Shown here: piece after piece, positions 10,565 through 21,406 of the stretch
How the letters are laid out: each line of letters begins with the position of its first letter
Numbering within the stretch: position 1 is the first letter of the stretch
Origin: Rebecca billardiae RCC1528
Taxonomy: Eukaryota; Protista; Haptophyta
Direction: 5' to 3'
Assembly: GCA_965240325.2 (NCBI GenBank)
Contig: OZ251230.1
Coordinates: 124,001 to 188,000 of the forward strand
Length of the DNA stretch: 64,000 bases
Program-made: the position numbers and the translations under genes
The notes under the pieces: model-generated
Database searches by the model: none
Told to the model about the DNA's origin: nothing
What the model saw: the letters and a program-made list of their open reading frames with translations, nothing else

Positions 10565-11978
10565 CCCACACGACGGCTGCAATCTTGACTCGATCTACTG
10601 CTGCTGCTACCTACGTAGTACGTTCCATCCGCATCGGCCATCAAGCATAGTGAGCGCACCGCACTGCCGGCCACCGCACGGCCGTGACGGCGCATCGTCA
10701 CCATTGGCAGGCCAGCATCGGGCACTGCTAATCTACGGCGGCCTCGACTCCACGCCGCGCACGTACGACTGCTGCGCAAGTGTTATAAAGTCGCGCGTGA
10801 CACGTATATTATGGCCCGCGGTGCAGGGCGGAGCGCGCAGCGTGGAGCCCGCACCAGCGGGCCCGAACAACGTTTCAAAAAGATCTTTGATCAAGAAAAA
10901 AGCAGGGACGGGGGACGATTTTCATGGCTGCGGAGGAGACCGAGTTTCGAATTTTGAGACCCTCTCTAACATGCATCAAGGCCGAAAAAGGTCGCGCCCA
11001 CGGCAAGTTCATAGTAAAGCGTGGAGTGACGCCCGTCCAAAAAACTTCACGCCCTTTAGGATCCCTAACGTAACGAACCGTTACAAGCGATTTTTCCGGC
11101 CAATGAGATTGCAGCAAGGTCCAAGGAGCGATGACGTATCTAGATAGATTGCCGCGAACCGATGTGACCATGTACGTCCCTTGAATCAGTTGAATCAACT
11201 ATTCAATCGCGCCGTGTCTCAGTGTCTGTATCAGGAGCCGACAGAGGCAAGGGTCAGTAGCCGATGGGCCAACCTCGGCGAATCTCAATACTATCTGACG
11301 CGAACGGACTTGGTTGGGCGCGCGCGTGGCCCCGGGCGGCGGCCCACCAGAGGCGGCCCGCGTTTGGAGGCGAGCCACGGGCACGAGGCTCACGAGCGAC
11401 CGACGGTGAGGACGGCGATGGGCAGGTGCGCGCGGCGAATGGCGCCTGGAGCGCGCGGCTGCGGCGGGTCCCGACTGCCGTCGACATCGCGTTCGTCGTG
11501 CCCCCGCTCACTCCGCGCGCCCCCGCCGCCCCTGCCGCCCTGTCGATGCCTCGGCGCGGCCTTGCGCGGCCCCGGCGTGTCCGCGAGCCGGCGCCGCAGC
11601 CGCCGCCCTGTGTTCGGGCTCTCGCAAGCTCGGGGGCAGCGGCGCCTGATGCCGGACTGATCGATCTCTGAGCCTTCGACTTCACCACGCGCCGCCCTTG
11701 CCATGCCTTTCCGGGGTCTCCCAGAACTCTTCTTGATTGAGAGAGAGCAGGCGCGCCGACGATCCGAGTCCATCGTCGGTCGACTCTGAGCGAGGGCTAC
11801 GCCTCGGAACTGAACGGTACTCTACGAGGAGGACGAGCTGCGCGGGCGACGGTGGTGCGTGACGTCCCCAGAGCTGGCCGTGCCTCTGCAACGCGTGCCG
11901 AGCCTGATCGAGGTGTGTCAGCTGCCCGTGCACGCGCGGCGAGTGCGCAAACCGGATCACCGGTGCCCTCGCACCTCG

Positions 11979-12281
11979 GCACCGTGCTCCCTCGGGCTGT
12001 CAGCTCCGCGTGGCCTGGCGTGCACGTAGAGTTGCGCTCATGCGTCGATCACGCCTCACGCCCGCCTGTCGGCCGTCGCGCAGGCGCTGGTCGAACCCTA
12101 CTCGGACCCTACTCCTCCAGCCCTACTCCCGGGCGCTGCCGGCGCGGGGGGTGACCCCGGGGACAGCGGTCAGCAGCAGCGGCCCGAACGAACTCCGCGG
12201 CCCCGCACCGTGCTCCCTGGCTGTCAGCTCCGCGTGGCCTGGTGTGCACGTGGAGTCGCGCTCATGCGTCGATCACGCCTC
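11979..12281. repeat. two ~78-bp direct repeats (11979-12057, 12205-12281)
   Basis: GCACCGTGCTCCCT...GCTGTCAGCTCCGCGTGGCCTGG...GCTCATGCGTCGATCACGCCTC occurs twice. Confidence 0.85.
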
Positions 12282-12415
12282 GTCGCATCCGCCTGTACAC
12301 AATCGGCGCCGCGCCGGCGGCTGCAATGGGCCCGCCCGGCGCGGCGGGCGGCGGCGCGCCGCTGATGGAGTCTAGTTGTACGGGCATATGCAACTGGTCT
12401 GTCAATAGACGACTG

Positions 12416-12491
12416 CGACGGAGGGTGCACCGCCACCGCGGGCCCTGAACTACGTTCGTTCTACGGAAAAAGGACCGCGGAACGCGGTCAT
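12416..12491. repeat. dispersed hairpin-ended repeat (copy 2)
   Basis: Matches 970-1036 apart from small insertions and a few substitutions. Confidence 0.8.
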
Positions 12492-13306
12492 TATATAACT
12501 GAGCAGACGACTACTGCTGCGATGCCACTGACGTGTCTCACAGCAGTGAGTGGTAACAGTACTTAGTAACAGTCGTCACGACGTCTCGGACTACGGACCG
12601 GACTCCGCCGCTGTCCGGACGTCCGTGACCGTGCTGATGTGCAGGAGTACCGGCGGGCAGCATCACCGATCGCCTCGCGATATCTATCCGGTCACTCGTA
12701 CTCGTAGCACTATATAGCAGTAGTCGTCGTCGCATCCGAGCCACGACCGCGGTACATATATTATTACGCGCGCCCGCGCCTGGCGAAGCAGCCAGGGGGC
12801 GCCGGAAACAGCAGATCTCCGCGGCGACAAACCCGGACAGACTGTTTGTCCGGGAGCAGCGCTTTGAGGCGATGGTCTGGTAGAGGGCGATGTGGCTGAT
12901 GAGCGGCGCTGGCGCCCGGCGTTCTTGTCGTCCTCTTAGACAATCAGTTATTGTACCAATAACCCCACATATATCAGCATTTGTCATCTGTCGGATCGCG
13001 ATCTGATGCTGCCTGCCGCTAGTGCGCGGCTAGACCATCGACTACGTCGTCAGCGACAGCGGGCAGTGCCTCAGCCGCCGCCATCATCAAGTGTCGCGGC
13101 ATCGGGCTGCGGACCGTGATGGATGGCCGCCGCGCGCGCTGCCTCCGGACCGTCGGATTCCCGGCTGGCAGCAGGCAGCGCGGCGAACCGCCTAACGGCG
13201 CGCTGCTCATCAGCGCTCGCGCCGCCCGCCGTGCACGGTGCAGCGTGCTGGCGGCAGCGCTGATGTGAGCGATGTGCCTCGGGGCGTGCGCCGCACTCCC
13301 CGCCCC

Positions 13307-16300
13307 TCACGCCCTCGGCTTGGTCCCAAACTTGACGAGGTTGTCAATCTGCTCGCGCATGCTGCCGATCGTCACCTTGAACTGCGCCTCCGCCTCGGAG
13401 AGCTTCTTGCGCTCCTGCGGTGCGCGCCGCGATGCCGGCGGTGAGCGCGCGCGGGCGGGGCGGCGGGCGGGTGCGGCTGCGCGGCTGCAGCGCACCTCGT
13501 GCAGCTGTGCGCTCAGCTCGTCCTTCTGAGCGGCCAGGCGCTCCACCTCAGCCTCGAGGCCGAGCGCACCCTCCTCCGCCTCGACGGCGCGCGCCTCGAG
13601 CTCCTGCGCCGCGCCCTCCGCCTCGTCGCGCTCGCGCCGCAGCCGAGCAATCAGCTGAGCAGTCAGCACACACGGGGCGGGCGCGCGCGGTGGGGCGGCC
13701 GTCAGCGCGCACGCCCTCGCGCGCGGCTGCGGCGCGCGCGAGCGCCCGGCGCGCGCGCGCGCCGGGGCGCCCACGGCTTGGGTGTGCCGCCCGCGCCCGC
13801 GCCCACGCCGCCCCCGCAGCCGCCACGAAGCCCCGCCGCGCCGACAGCCCGCCTGCGCGCGCGCGCGCACCTTCTCGTCCTTGCGCGCCCTGCGGTGCAG
13901 CCGCTCGAGCTCCTCCTCCGCCCCAGGCCCCGCCGGCCCCGCGTCCGAGTGGTGTGCGGAGGAGGCGCGCTCGGCTGCACGCGCCGCGCGGGGGCAGGGG
14001 GAGGGGCGCCGGGCGGTGAGCGCGGCCGAGGCGCGGGGCTCTGCGGCGCGCGCGCGGCGCGCGCGAGTCGGTGGCGGCGCGGCGCGCCGCACGCACCGGC
14101 CTGCGCGGCCGCCTCCGCCATCACCACCGCCGCCCACGCGCGCAGCGCCCACGCCATGCGCGCGCCCACCGCGGCGCGCAGCACGCCGCGCAGCACGCCG
14201 CACGCCGCCATCTCCTGCATCGCCGCGAGCTCAAGAGAGAAGCCGTCGAGCGTGTACGCCACGCCGCGCCCCGCGCCCCCGCCCTCCTCCGCCGAGATCG
14301 CGATCTCGAGCGTGCCGGGCACGCCGGGCGCGAGGAGCAGCGCGCAGCCAGCGGAGGAGGGCGCGGGCGCGCCCACCGGCGAGGCGGCGGCGGTGGTCGC
14401 GTCCGAGGCGGCGCCGTCCGACGCGGCGGCGTGCGAGGGCGCGGGCAGCGCGGCGAGCGGGTCCGGCGCGCTCTCGCTTCCCTCCTCCTCCTCGCCTCCC
14501 CCCTCGCCCCCCGCCTCCGCCCCCGCCCGCCTCCTCGCCTGCGCGGTGGGGAAGCGGTAGTGGGGGTCCATGCCGCGCGCGCTGTAGCTGTGGCGCACGG
14601 CGGTGGCGGCAGCGGCGGTGGCGGCAGCGGGCGCGGGGCTGCCGAGAGGGGCGCCGGTGCTCGCGGCGAAGGCGGCGGCGGGCTCGAACGGCGCCGAGTC
14701 GCCAAAGCCGCCCGCGCCGAAGCCAAACCCCGTCGAGCCCGAGCCGCCGAACGAGACGTCGAAGCCGCCGCCGCCGCCGCCGCCGGCCGCGTCGGCGGCG
14801 CGGTCCGCGCGGCCGGCGGCGCGGCCGGCGGCGCGGCCGGCGGCGCGGCCGGCGCGCCTCCCGCCGCCGCCGCCGCCGCCGCCGCCGCCTTCGCCCTCCT
14901 CGTCGGAGAAGGCGTCCTCCTCCTCCATGTGCTCCAGCGTGTGCTCCAGCGCCGCCGCGGAGGCGAGCGCGAGCGGCGACGAGCGCATCTCGGGCGACAT
15001 GGAGCCGAACTGCGTCACACCGGACGGCCCGTGGGACGGGCCGTGCCCTGAGCGCTCGGCGGCACACGCGCCGCCGCGCAGGCAGTCGGCGGCGCCGCCG
15101 GCGGCGCCGCCGCGCGCGGCGCGGCGGCGGTCGAGCGCGCGCTGCGCCTCGGCGTGCTTCTCGGCGAGCAGCGCGGCGATCTCCTCCTCCGTGCCCTCGC
15201 TGAACACGCGCTCCTCCTCCGCCGCCTTGCGCCGCTGCCGCTCCGCCTCGGCCGCGCGCCGCGCCGCCTCCTCCTCCGCGCGCCGCCGCGCCGCCTCCTC
15301 CGCCGCGCGCCGCGCCTCCTCCTCGCGCCGGCGGCGCGCCTCCTCCTCGCGCCGGCGGCGCTCCTCCTCCTCGCGCCGCCGCCGCTCGAGCTCGAGCTCC
15401 ACCTGGTAGTCGTCGTCCTCCGCCTGCGCCACCAGCTCCGCCTCGACGCGCTTGCGCGCGGCGGCCATCCGCGCCGCCTCCTCCGCGCGCCGCCGCGCCG
15501 CCTCCTCCGCCGCGCGCCGCGCCTCCTCCTCCGCCGCGCGCCGCGCCTCCTCCTCGCGCCGGCGGCGGACCTCCTCGGCGCGGCGGAGCAGCTCCTCCTC
15601 CTCGCGCCGCTGCCGGTCCTCCTCGAGCTGCCGCACCCGCTCCGCCTCCTCGCGCTTCCGCCGCGCCTCCTCCTCCGCCGCGCGCCGCGCCTCCTCCGCG
15701 CGCCTCGCCTTCTCCTCCGCGCGCCGCCGCGCCGCCTCCTGCTCCGCCAGCAGTCGCGCCTCCTCCTCGGCGGCGCGGCGGCGCTCCTCCTCCTCCGCGC
15801 GGCGGCGCGCCTCCTCGAGCTGCCGCTGCCGCTCCGCCTCCTCGCGCTTCCGCGCCGCCTCCTCCTCCGCGCGCCGCCGCGCCTCCTCCTCCGCCGCGCG
15901 CCGCGCCTCCGCCTCGGCCGCGCGCTTCGCCTCCTGCGCCGCGCGCGCGGTCGGCGCGCGCAGCGGCGCACAGAGTGAGCCAGCGGGCGCTAACCCTAAC
16001 CCTAAACCCTAACCCTAAACCCTAACCCTAAACCCTAACCCTAAACCCTAACCTAAACCTAGGCGCACAGAGTGAGCCAGCGGGCGCGCGGCGGCGCGTG
16101 GGGCGGCGCGCGCGCGCGCGCGCCCGGCGTGCCGCGGCGCACCTCCTCCTCCTTGGCGCGGATCGCCGCGCGCACGGCCAGCCGCTCCGCCACCTCCTGC
16201 GCGCGCCGCGCCTCCTCCTCCGCCTCGCGTGTAAGCCGCGCCGCGCGCTCCGCGGCCGTCTCGTCGAGCGGCGAGCGCTGCTCCTCGAGCTGCGGCGAGG

Positions 16301-18824
16301 CGAGCGCGTGGGCAGCGGGCGCGTGCAGCCCGCCGTGCGCCGGCGACGGCGGCGCAACCGCCGCCGGCAGCGCAAACCCGCCGCCGCCGCCGTCGAGCAG
16401 CGCGCGCTCCGACGCCGCGGCGGCGCTCGCCGCAGCCGCCGCGTGCCCTCCTCCGCCCGCGCCCGCGTGCGCAAGGCTGAGCGCGCTGCCCGACGGCGAG
16501 ACAGAGACGTGCTCGGCGGCGAGCTCGACCGGGTCGAACGGCGCGGCGGCGACCGAGCCGGGCCCCCGCGAGCCGCCGCCGTGCGACGCCTCGATCTCCC
16601 ACGGGTGCCGCGAGAGCGCCGAGTGCACCGAGCGCGCGCCCCCGCCGCCGCCCACCGAGCTGGCGCTCAGCGGACTGGAGGGCGCGCCGCTGCCGTTTGC
16701 GCCCGCGCTGGCGCACCCGTCCGCGTGCTGCGCGGACGCGCCGCCGCCCGCGCCCTCCGGCCCCAGCCCGCCGCCCCCGAACCGATCCGAGCCCGCGCGC
16801 TCGCGGCCGAGCGACGCCGCCGAGCCGTGAGACGGCGGGCCGCGCGCGGGCAGCTCACCCTCTCTCTCTCTCTCGTCCGCGTGCGGCTGCGGCTGCGGCT
16901 GCGGCTGCGCGCCGTGGCGCGGGGCGGCGTACGCGCTCCCGCCGCCGCCGCCGCCGCCGCCGAAGCCGAGGCCGCCGTCCAGCGGCGGCGGCGAGCCCGC
17001 CCGCTGGCTGTGCGCGCCGCCACCGTCCCCTCGGGAGGAGGAGGGCGGCCCGCTCCCCACCGCGGTACCCACATTACCCACATTACCCGCATGAGCAGCA
17101 TGAGCCGCGTGACCCACCGACGCGTCGGCGCCGTGTCGGGAGCGCTCGTCGTGCGATCGCGAGGCGCCCACGTCCACGGCCAGCCGGCCGCCGTCCTCGG
17201 CTCGGCGGCGGTCGGCGTCGAAGCCGCCGCTGCCGCCAAACCCGCCGCCGCCCCCGCCGCCCCCGCCGATCGAGGAGGGCGGGCCGGAGGGCGAGGCCGC
17301 ACCGAACATGTCTGCAGGGAGGGGCGCGCCGCCCACGCCCGAGCCGGGCACGGGCGGCGGCGGCGGCGCCTGCGTCGGCGGCGGCGGCGGCGGCTCGTCG
17401 AGCATGCCCAGCAGGTCGGGCAGCGCGCCGACGCTGCTCCCGCCGCCGCCGACCGAGCCGCCGCCGCCGTAGCCGCCGCCGCCGCCGTAGCCGCCGCCGC
17501 CGCCGCCCGCGCGAGCCGCGCCGCGCGAGCGCGAGGGCGCGGAGGGCGCGGGCGCCAGCCCGACGCCCTGCAGCCCGCCGCCGCCGGCGGTGGCCGGCTT
17601 GGGCCGGTGCACCGTGAGCTTGACGAGCGGCCCGGCGTTCTTAATCCGCGCCTTCGCCTCCGCCAGGCTCATCCCGCACCGGTCCGTCCCCACGATCGCG
17701 CCGTCGATCTTTGTGACGGTGTCGCCCACGCAGAAGCGGTGCCGGTCGTCCGACGCGTCGCTCTGCGCCAGCACGTCGATGTACACGCCGCCGTGCGCGT
17801 CCTCCTTGATGAGGAACTTGAAGCGGCCCTCGCTGTCGCGCAGGAGCGAGCCCTCGATCGTGCCGCTGCTCGCGCCAACGCTCGCGCGCCCGGCGGAGCC
17901 TCCATGCCGCTCCGAGCCGCGCGCCGAGCCGCCGCCGCCGCCGCCGCCGTATCCCGAGCCGCCGTGCGAGGGCGGCTGGTGCGCGGAGCCGCGGCCGCCA
18001 GCGTCGCCGGCACGCCCGCCGTCGCCGAAGCCGCCGCCGAGCGGCGGCGCCGCCCCGCCGCTCCGCCCGCCCTCGCCGAAGCCGCCGCCGAGCGGCGGCG
18101 GCGGCGGCGAGCGGTGCGGCGGCGGCGGCGCGCCGCCAGCGCCGTGGGGCGGCGCTCGGCCGCCCGTGGGCACGCGCAGCTCGGGGTGCGGCGTGCGCAG
18201 GTTGGCGCCCTCGAAGACGGCGGGCACGTGCTGCACCAGGCAGCCCAGCGCGGTGAAGTGCAGCCGCTCGCGCTGCCGCTCGCTGAACTCGCGGCCGACC
18301 GGGCCGGGCGCGCGCGCGGGCACGATCGCGTCGGCAAACACCGCGACCACCTCGGCGAGCTGCTCGTCCGTGCCGCCACGGCTCGCGCCGAGGTGCGCGA
18401 GGCAGGCGCACAGCGCGTGCAGCACCTCGCGGTGGCTCGCGGGCAGCGCGTCCACCGCGCGCACCAGCCCGTCCACGCGCGCGTCCACGTCGGGAGCGCC
18501 GGCCGCGACCAGCAGCCGCCGGTACTGCGCCGACGGCACGACCGGGTCGGGCAGGTGGCGGACGTAGGCGCGGAGGGCGGCGGCCGCGCGCTCGGGGGTC
18601 GCGACCGACATGGCGTCCCGCCCATACTCGATCGCCTCGAGCAGCTCGTCCACCTCGCCGCCGCTCACGCGCGCCGCGTCGCACACCGTGTCCGCGCACG
18701 CGCCGCGCTCCTCAAGGTAGCGCATGAGCCACGTGAGCGCGCGCGGGACGCGCTCGCCGCGGTCGAAGGTCTCCTCGATCGACGGGATCGGCCGAACGCC
18801 CGAGTAGTGCCCGTCGCGCGCCAT
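13307..18824 (-). CDS. RhoGAP-domain + PDZ-domain protein with ER/K single-alpha-helix region and C-terminal coiled coil; 5 exons (18824-16143, 15933-14097, 13974-13871, 13654-13496, 13414-13307)
   Basis: RhoGAP: VPRALTWLMRYLEERG...AAALRAYVRHLPDPVVP...VDALPASHREVLHAL. PDZ: LLRDSEGRFKFLIK...VYID...VGDTVTKIDG...MSLAEAKARIKNAGPLVKLTVHR. EEEARRR repeats. All four GT-AG introns keep the frame. The 3' end could extend if the GTGAG at the stop is a donor. Confidence 0.82.
15991..16061. repeat. interstitial telomeric repeat (alternating CCCTAA/CCCTAAA) within an intron
   Basis: 71-bp array flanked by an exact 26-bp direct repeat GGCGCACAGAGTGAGCCAGCGGGCGC (15965-15990, 16062-16087). Confidence 0.95.
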
Positions 18825-19419
18825 CCTCACAGCCCTGCCCGGCTCAGGCGCGCGCGCGCTTTGGCGTGCACGGGGCTGGCAGATGGCCAGCAGGCGCAGC
18901 GCCGACCTTCGTCTCGAGGCAGTCGAGCAGCAGATGGGCGGAAGTCCGGCCGGGATGATCCCCGATCTGAGATCCGGGATGGATCCACCAATACCATGGC
19001 GGGACAACCAGCAATAATGTCAATGGTGAACGCGCCTCCGCAGTGGTGGCGGGTGAAGAAAGGCATGGTCATCCTAGCCATGACACGATCCACGACACGG
19101 TGCCACTACCGCTCTAGCGTTGCAGCCTATCACGCCATCGCCGAGGGCGTCTGACACTGCGCAGCGGCATGCGACTGCCATTGACGCACTCGTCGTCGCT
19201 GCCAGTCCGCCGTGGCGGCGCCCGGCGCTGGTGGCTACTCGGTACTCCGAATCCGATGCTGAGACTGCGCGCCTGGCCCTGGCGGGGGGAGCGGAGTCCG
19301 AGCAGAGCTGAGAGCGGAGCTGCCCGCGGGACGAGCCATCGACGGCAAGTCGAGACACCGCTCGCAGTCTACGGCGCCGCGCCGCCGCCCAGCCGCGTGC
19401 GCTCTCCCCCTCGCTCTGC

Positions 19420-21027
19420 TCACAGCTTGATGAGCCCGCACGTGTACAGACTGGCGAGCACGCCGATGATCGCAGCCACCACCATCAGCACGCTGCGCCG
19501 GAAGCTCGCGGCCGCCGAGTCGGCGGTGAGCGAGATGATGTGCTTGCACACCTTGCGCGTGCGCGCCGCGCTCGGGTCGCTCTCCGGCACGCGCGCGAGG
19601 ATCTGCACCGCGAAGTGGTGGAACCACGACTCGATGCCCTGCAGGTCGCCGCACGTCATGATCATCTTGACCGCCAGGCCCTTCCGAATCTGCGCACGCA
19701 GCGGCGGCGCGCAGGCAGCGCGGCGCGCGGAGGGCGGGCCGCGGCTGAGCCACGCGGGCCCGCCGTCGGGCGGGAGCGCGCGAGCGCGCGCGCGCGCCTT
19801 GACGACGCCGCTGAACACGTCGCGGTTGTTGTACACCTTGTCGAGCGTGGCGATGGCCATCACCTGCGGGATGGCGCAGAAGCGGAAGATGTCCGGGTGG
19901 CTCAGCATCTTCATGTACGAGATGCAATCTGGCACGAGCTCGAGCGCGTCGGTGACCAGGTGGTTGAGGCACGCGAGCGAGCGCAGCTCGGTCTGCGAGC
20001 CCGGCTTCGGGTACGCGAACTCGCCCAGAGACTTGGTCTCCGTCGCGTACTGCGCCCACACCTCCTGCGCGCGTGCGGCGCGGCGGCGCCGAGGGCTGGC
20101 CGGCTCAGCCGCGCATGCGCGCCCGGCGCGCGCCGCGCCGCGCGCGCGCATGCGTGCGCGCACGGCGCCGCGTCCGTCGCGCGCGGCGGGCGTGGCGCGT
20201 GCCTTGGGCCAGAACGCGCGTCCGTCGACGTAGTCCTCGAGGTAGTCGCGGATGATGTTCGTCTTCTGCAGGAAGAGGCCCATCGACTTGTCCAGCCCGC
20301 CCTGCTTGTGCGCCGCCGTCACGTTCGCGCTGTCGAGCGCGCCCTTCTCGAACTCGAGCGACTCGTAGCCGCACGCGTGGAAGAGGCGGGTCAGCCCCTC
20401 GCCGACGAGGCCGGCCACGTAGTAGCAGTACCGGTTGTACTCGTCCACCGTCTGCGTCCCCTCGCCGAGGTCCTTTGAGACGAACTCGCCCATCCCCTCG
20501 CCCATCCGCTTGGTCACGTCGGCGATCACCGCCTTGGACATGGGCGTGAGGCGCTGGTACACGCGCGTGCACTTGTCGAAGTGCTGGAGCAGCTCCTTCT
20601 CGTCGCCCTCGCCCACGCCGTCCATCGTCCACGTCTTGTCCTCCAGCGCCACCTTGTAGAAGGTGTTGAGGTGGCCGATCTTGGTCGCGTGGCTCTTGCC
20701 AAACGCCTCCATGTCGTCCTCGATGGTGTCGAGCGCGCGGAGCACGAGGTAGAAGATGAGCACGTCCAGGCAGCACTTCTCGGGCAGCTGCCTGATCACC
20801 GCGGCGAACGAGCGCGACACAGCGCCGAGCTTGTCGTCGCAGAACTTTGTGTCCTCGTCGGGCACGCTCAGCTTCGACGTCAGACCGCCCGACACCTTGT
20901 AGTAGAGTGCGTAGGCCACCTCGTCGAGGTGCAGCAGCTGTGAGGCCTTCGACTCGCCGTGCGTCCGCACCTTCCCATACGCACCCTGCTTCTTCAGCAG
21001 CGCCTCGCGTGCCGGGCTCGACGACAT
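19420..21027 (-). CDS. FDFT1: squalene synthase; exons 21027-20203, 20064-19798, 19689-19420 (two GC-AG introns)
   Basis: VSRSFAAVIRQL, FYLVLRALDTIEDDM, YCYYVAGLVGEGL, MGLFLQKTNIIRDYLED, FRFCAIPQVMAIATL, VK|IRKG, C-terminal TM anchor. Confidence 0.96.
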   Translation of the reverse strand: MSSSPAREALLKKQGAYGKVRTHGESKASQLLHLDEVAYALYYKVSGGLTSKLSVPDEDTKFCDDKLGAVSRSFAAVIRQLPEKCCLDVLIFYLVLRALDTIEDDMEAFGKSHATKIGHLNTFYKVALEDKTWTMDGVGEGDEKELLQHFDKCTRVYQRLTPMSKAVIADVTKRMGEGMGEFVSKDLGEGTQTVDEYNRYCYYVAGLVGEGLTRLFHACGYESLEFEKGALDSANVTAAHKQGGLDKSMGLFLQKTNIIRDYLEDYVDGRAFWPKARATPAARDGRGAVRARMRARGAARAGRACAAEPASPRRRRAARAQEVWAQYATETKSLGEFAYPKPGSQTELRSLACLNHLVTDALELVPDCISYMKMLSHPDIFRFCAIPQVMAIATLDKVYNNRDVFSGVVKARARARALPPDGGPAWLSRGPPSARRAACAPPLRAQIRKGLAVKMIMTCGDLQGIESWFHHFAVQILARVPESDPSAARTRKVCKHIISLTADSAAASFRRSVLMVVAAIIGVLASLYTCGLIKL

Positions 21028-21406
21028 CGTGCACGCGTCCAGCGGGCGGCCGATTACGTCGCACAAGATTCACGGCCAGGAATTCAATGGAGGGCGGCTG
21101 CCCAACGGGATCCACCAGAGTGGGTGGCTTTTTGCATCGGACTGGTCCTGAGCAGCCACCCGGACTTGAGACTAGGCGGCAACCCAGGACCGCTTTTAAA
21201 ATACTGCGCACACAGCCACAGTCACAGAGTCACACAGTCACAAACAGATCTGTATGGTCGATGGTCCTTTGCTGTGACTGTGTTCTAACCAGCATTATCC
21301 AACTCGGCCGGCACCTGGTGAGCAGCTGCGGCACCTGCTGACGACGCGTGTGGCGATGCTGACTCTGGCCAGACTCGGGGACAAAACGGGAGCGGGGAGA
21401 GGCCCC

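Noticed and set aside
10600-13200. Short ORFs in the spacer (10650-11147, 11682-11960, 12538-12987)
   Set aside because: No recognisable motifs, atypical codon usage, interleaved with repeat remnants.
15991-16061. Chromosome end or mis-join
   Set aside because: The gene reads in frame across the intron and the array is bounded by a target duplication.
8981-21027. Sterol/triterpene biosynthetic cluster (P450 + squalene synthase)
   Set aside because: Separated by repeats and an unrelated RhoGAP gene; no cyclase or epoxidase; the P450 looks plastid-targeted while squalene synthase is ER-anchored.
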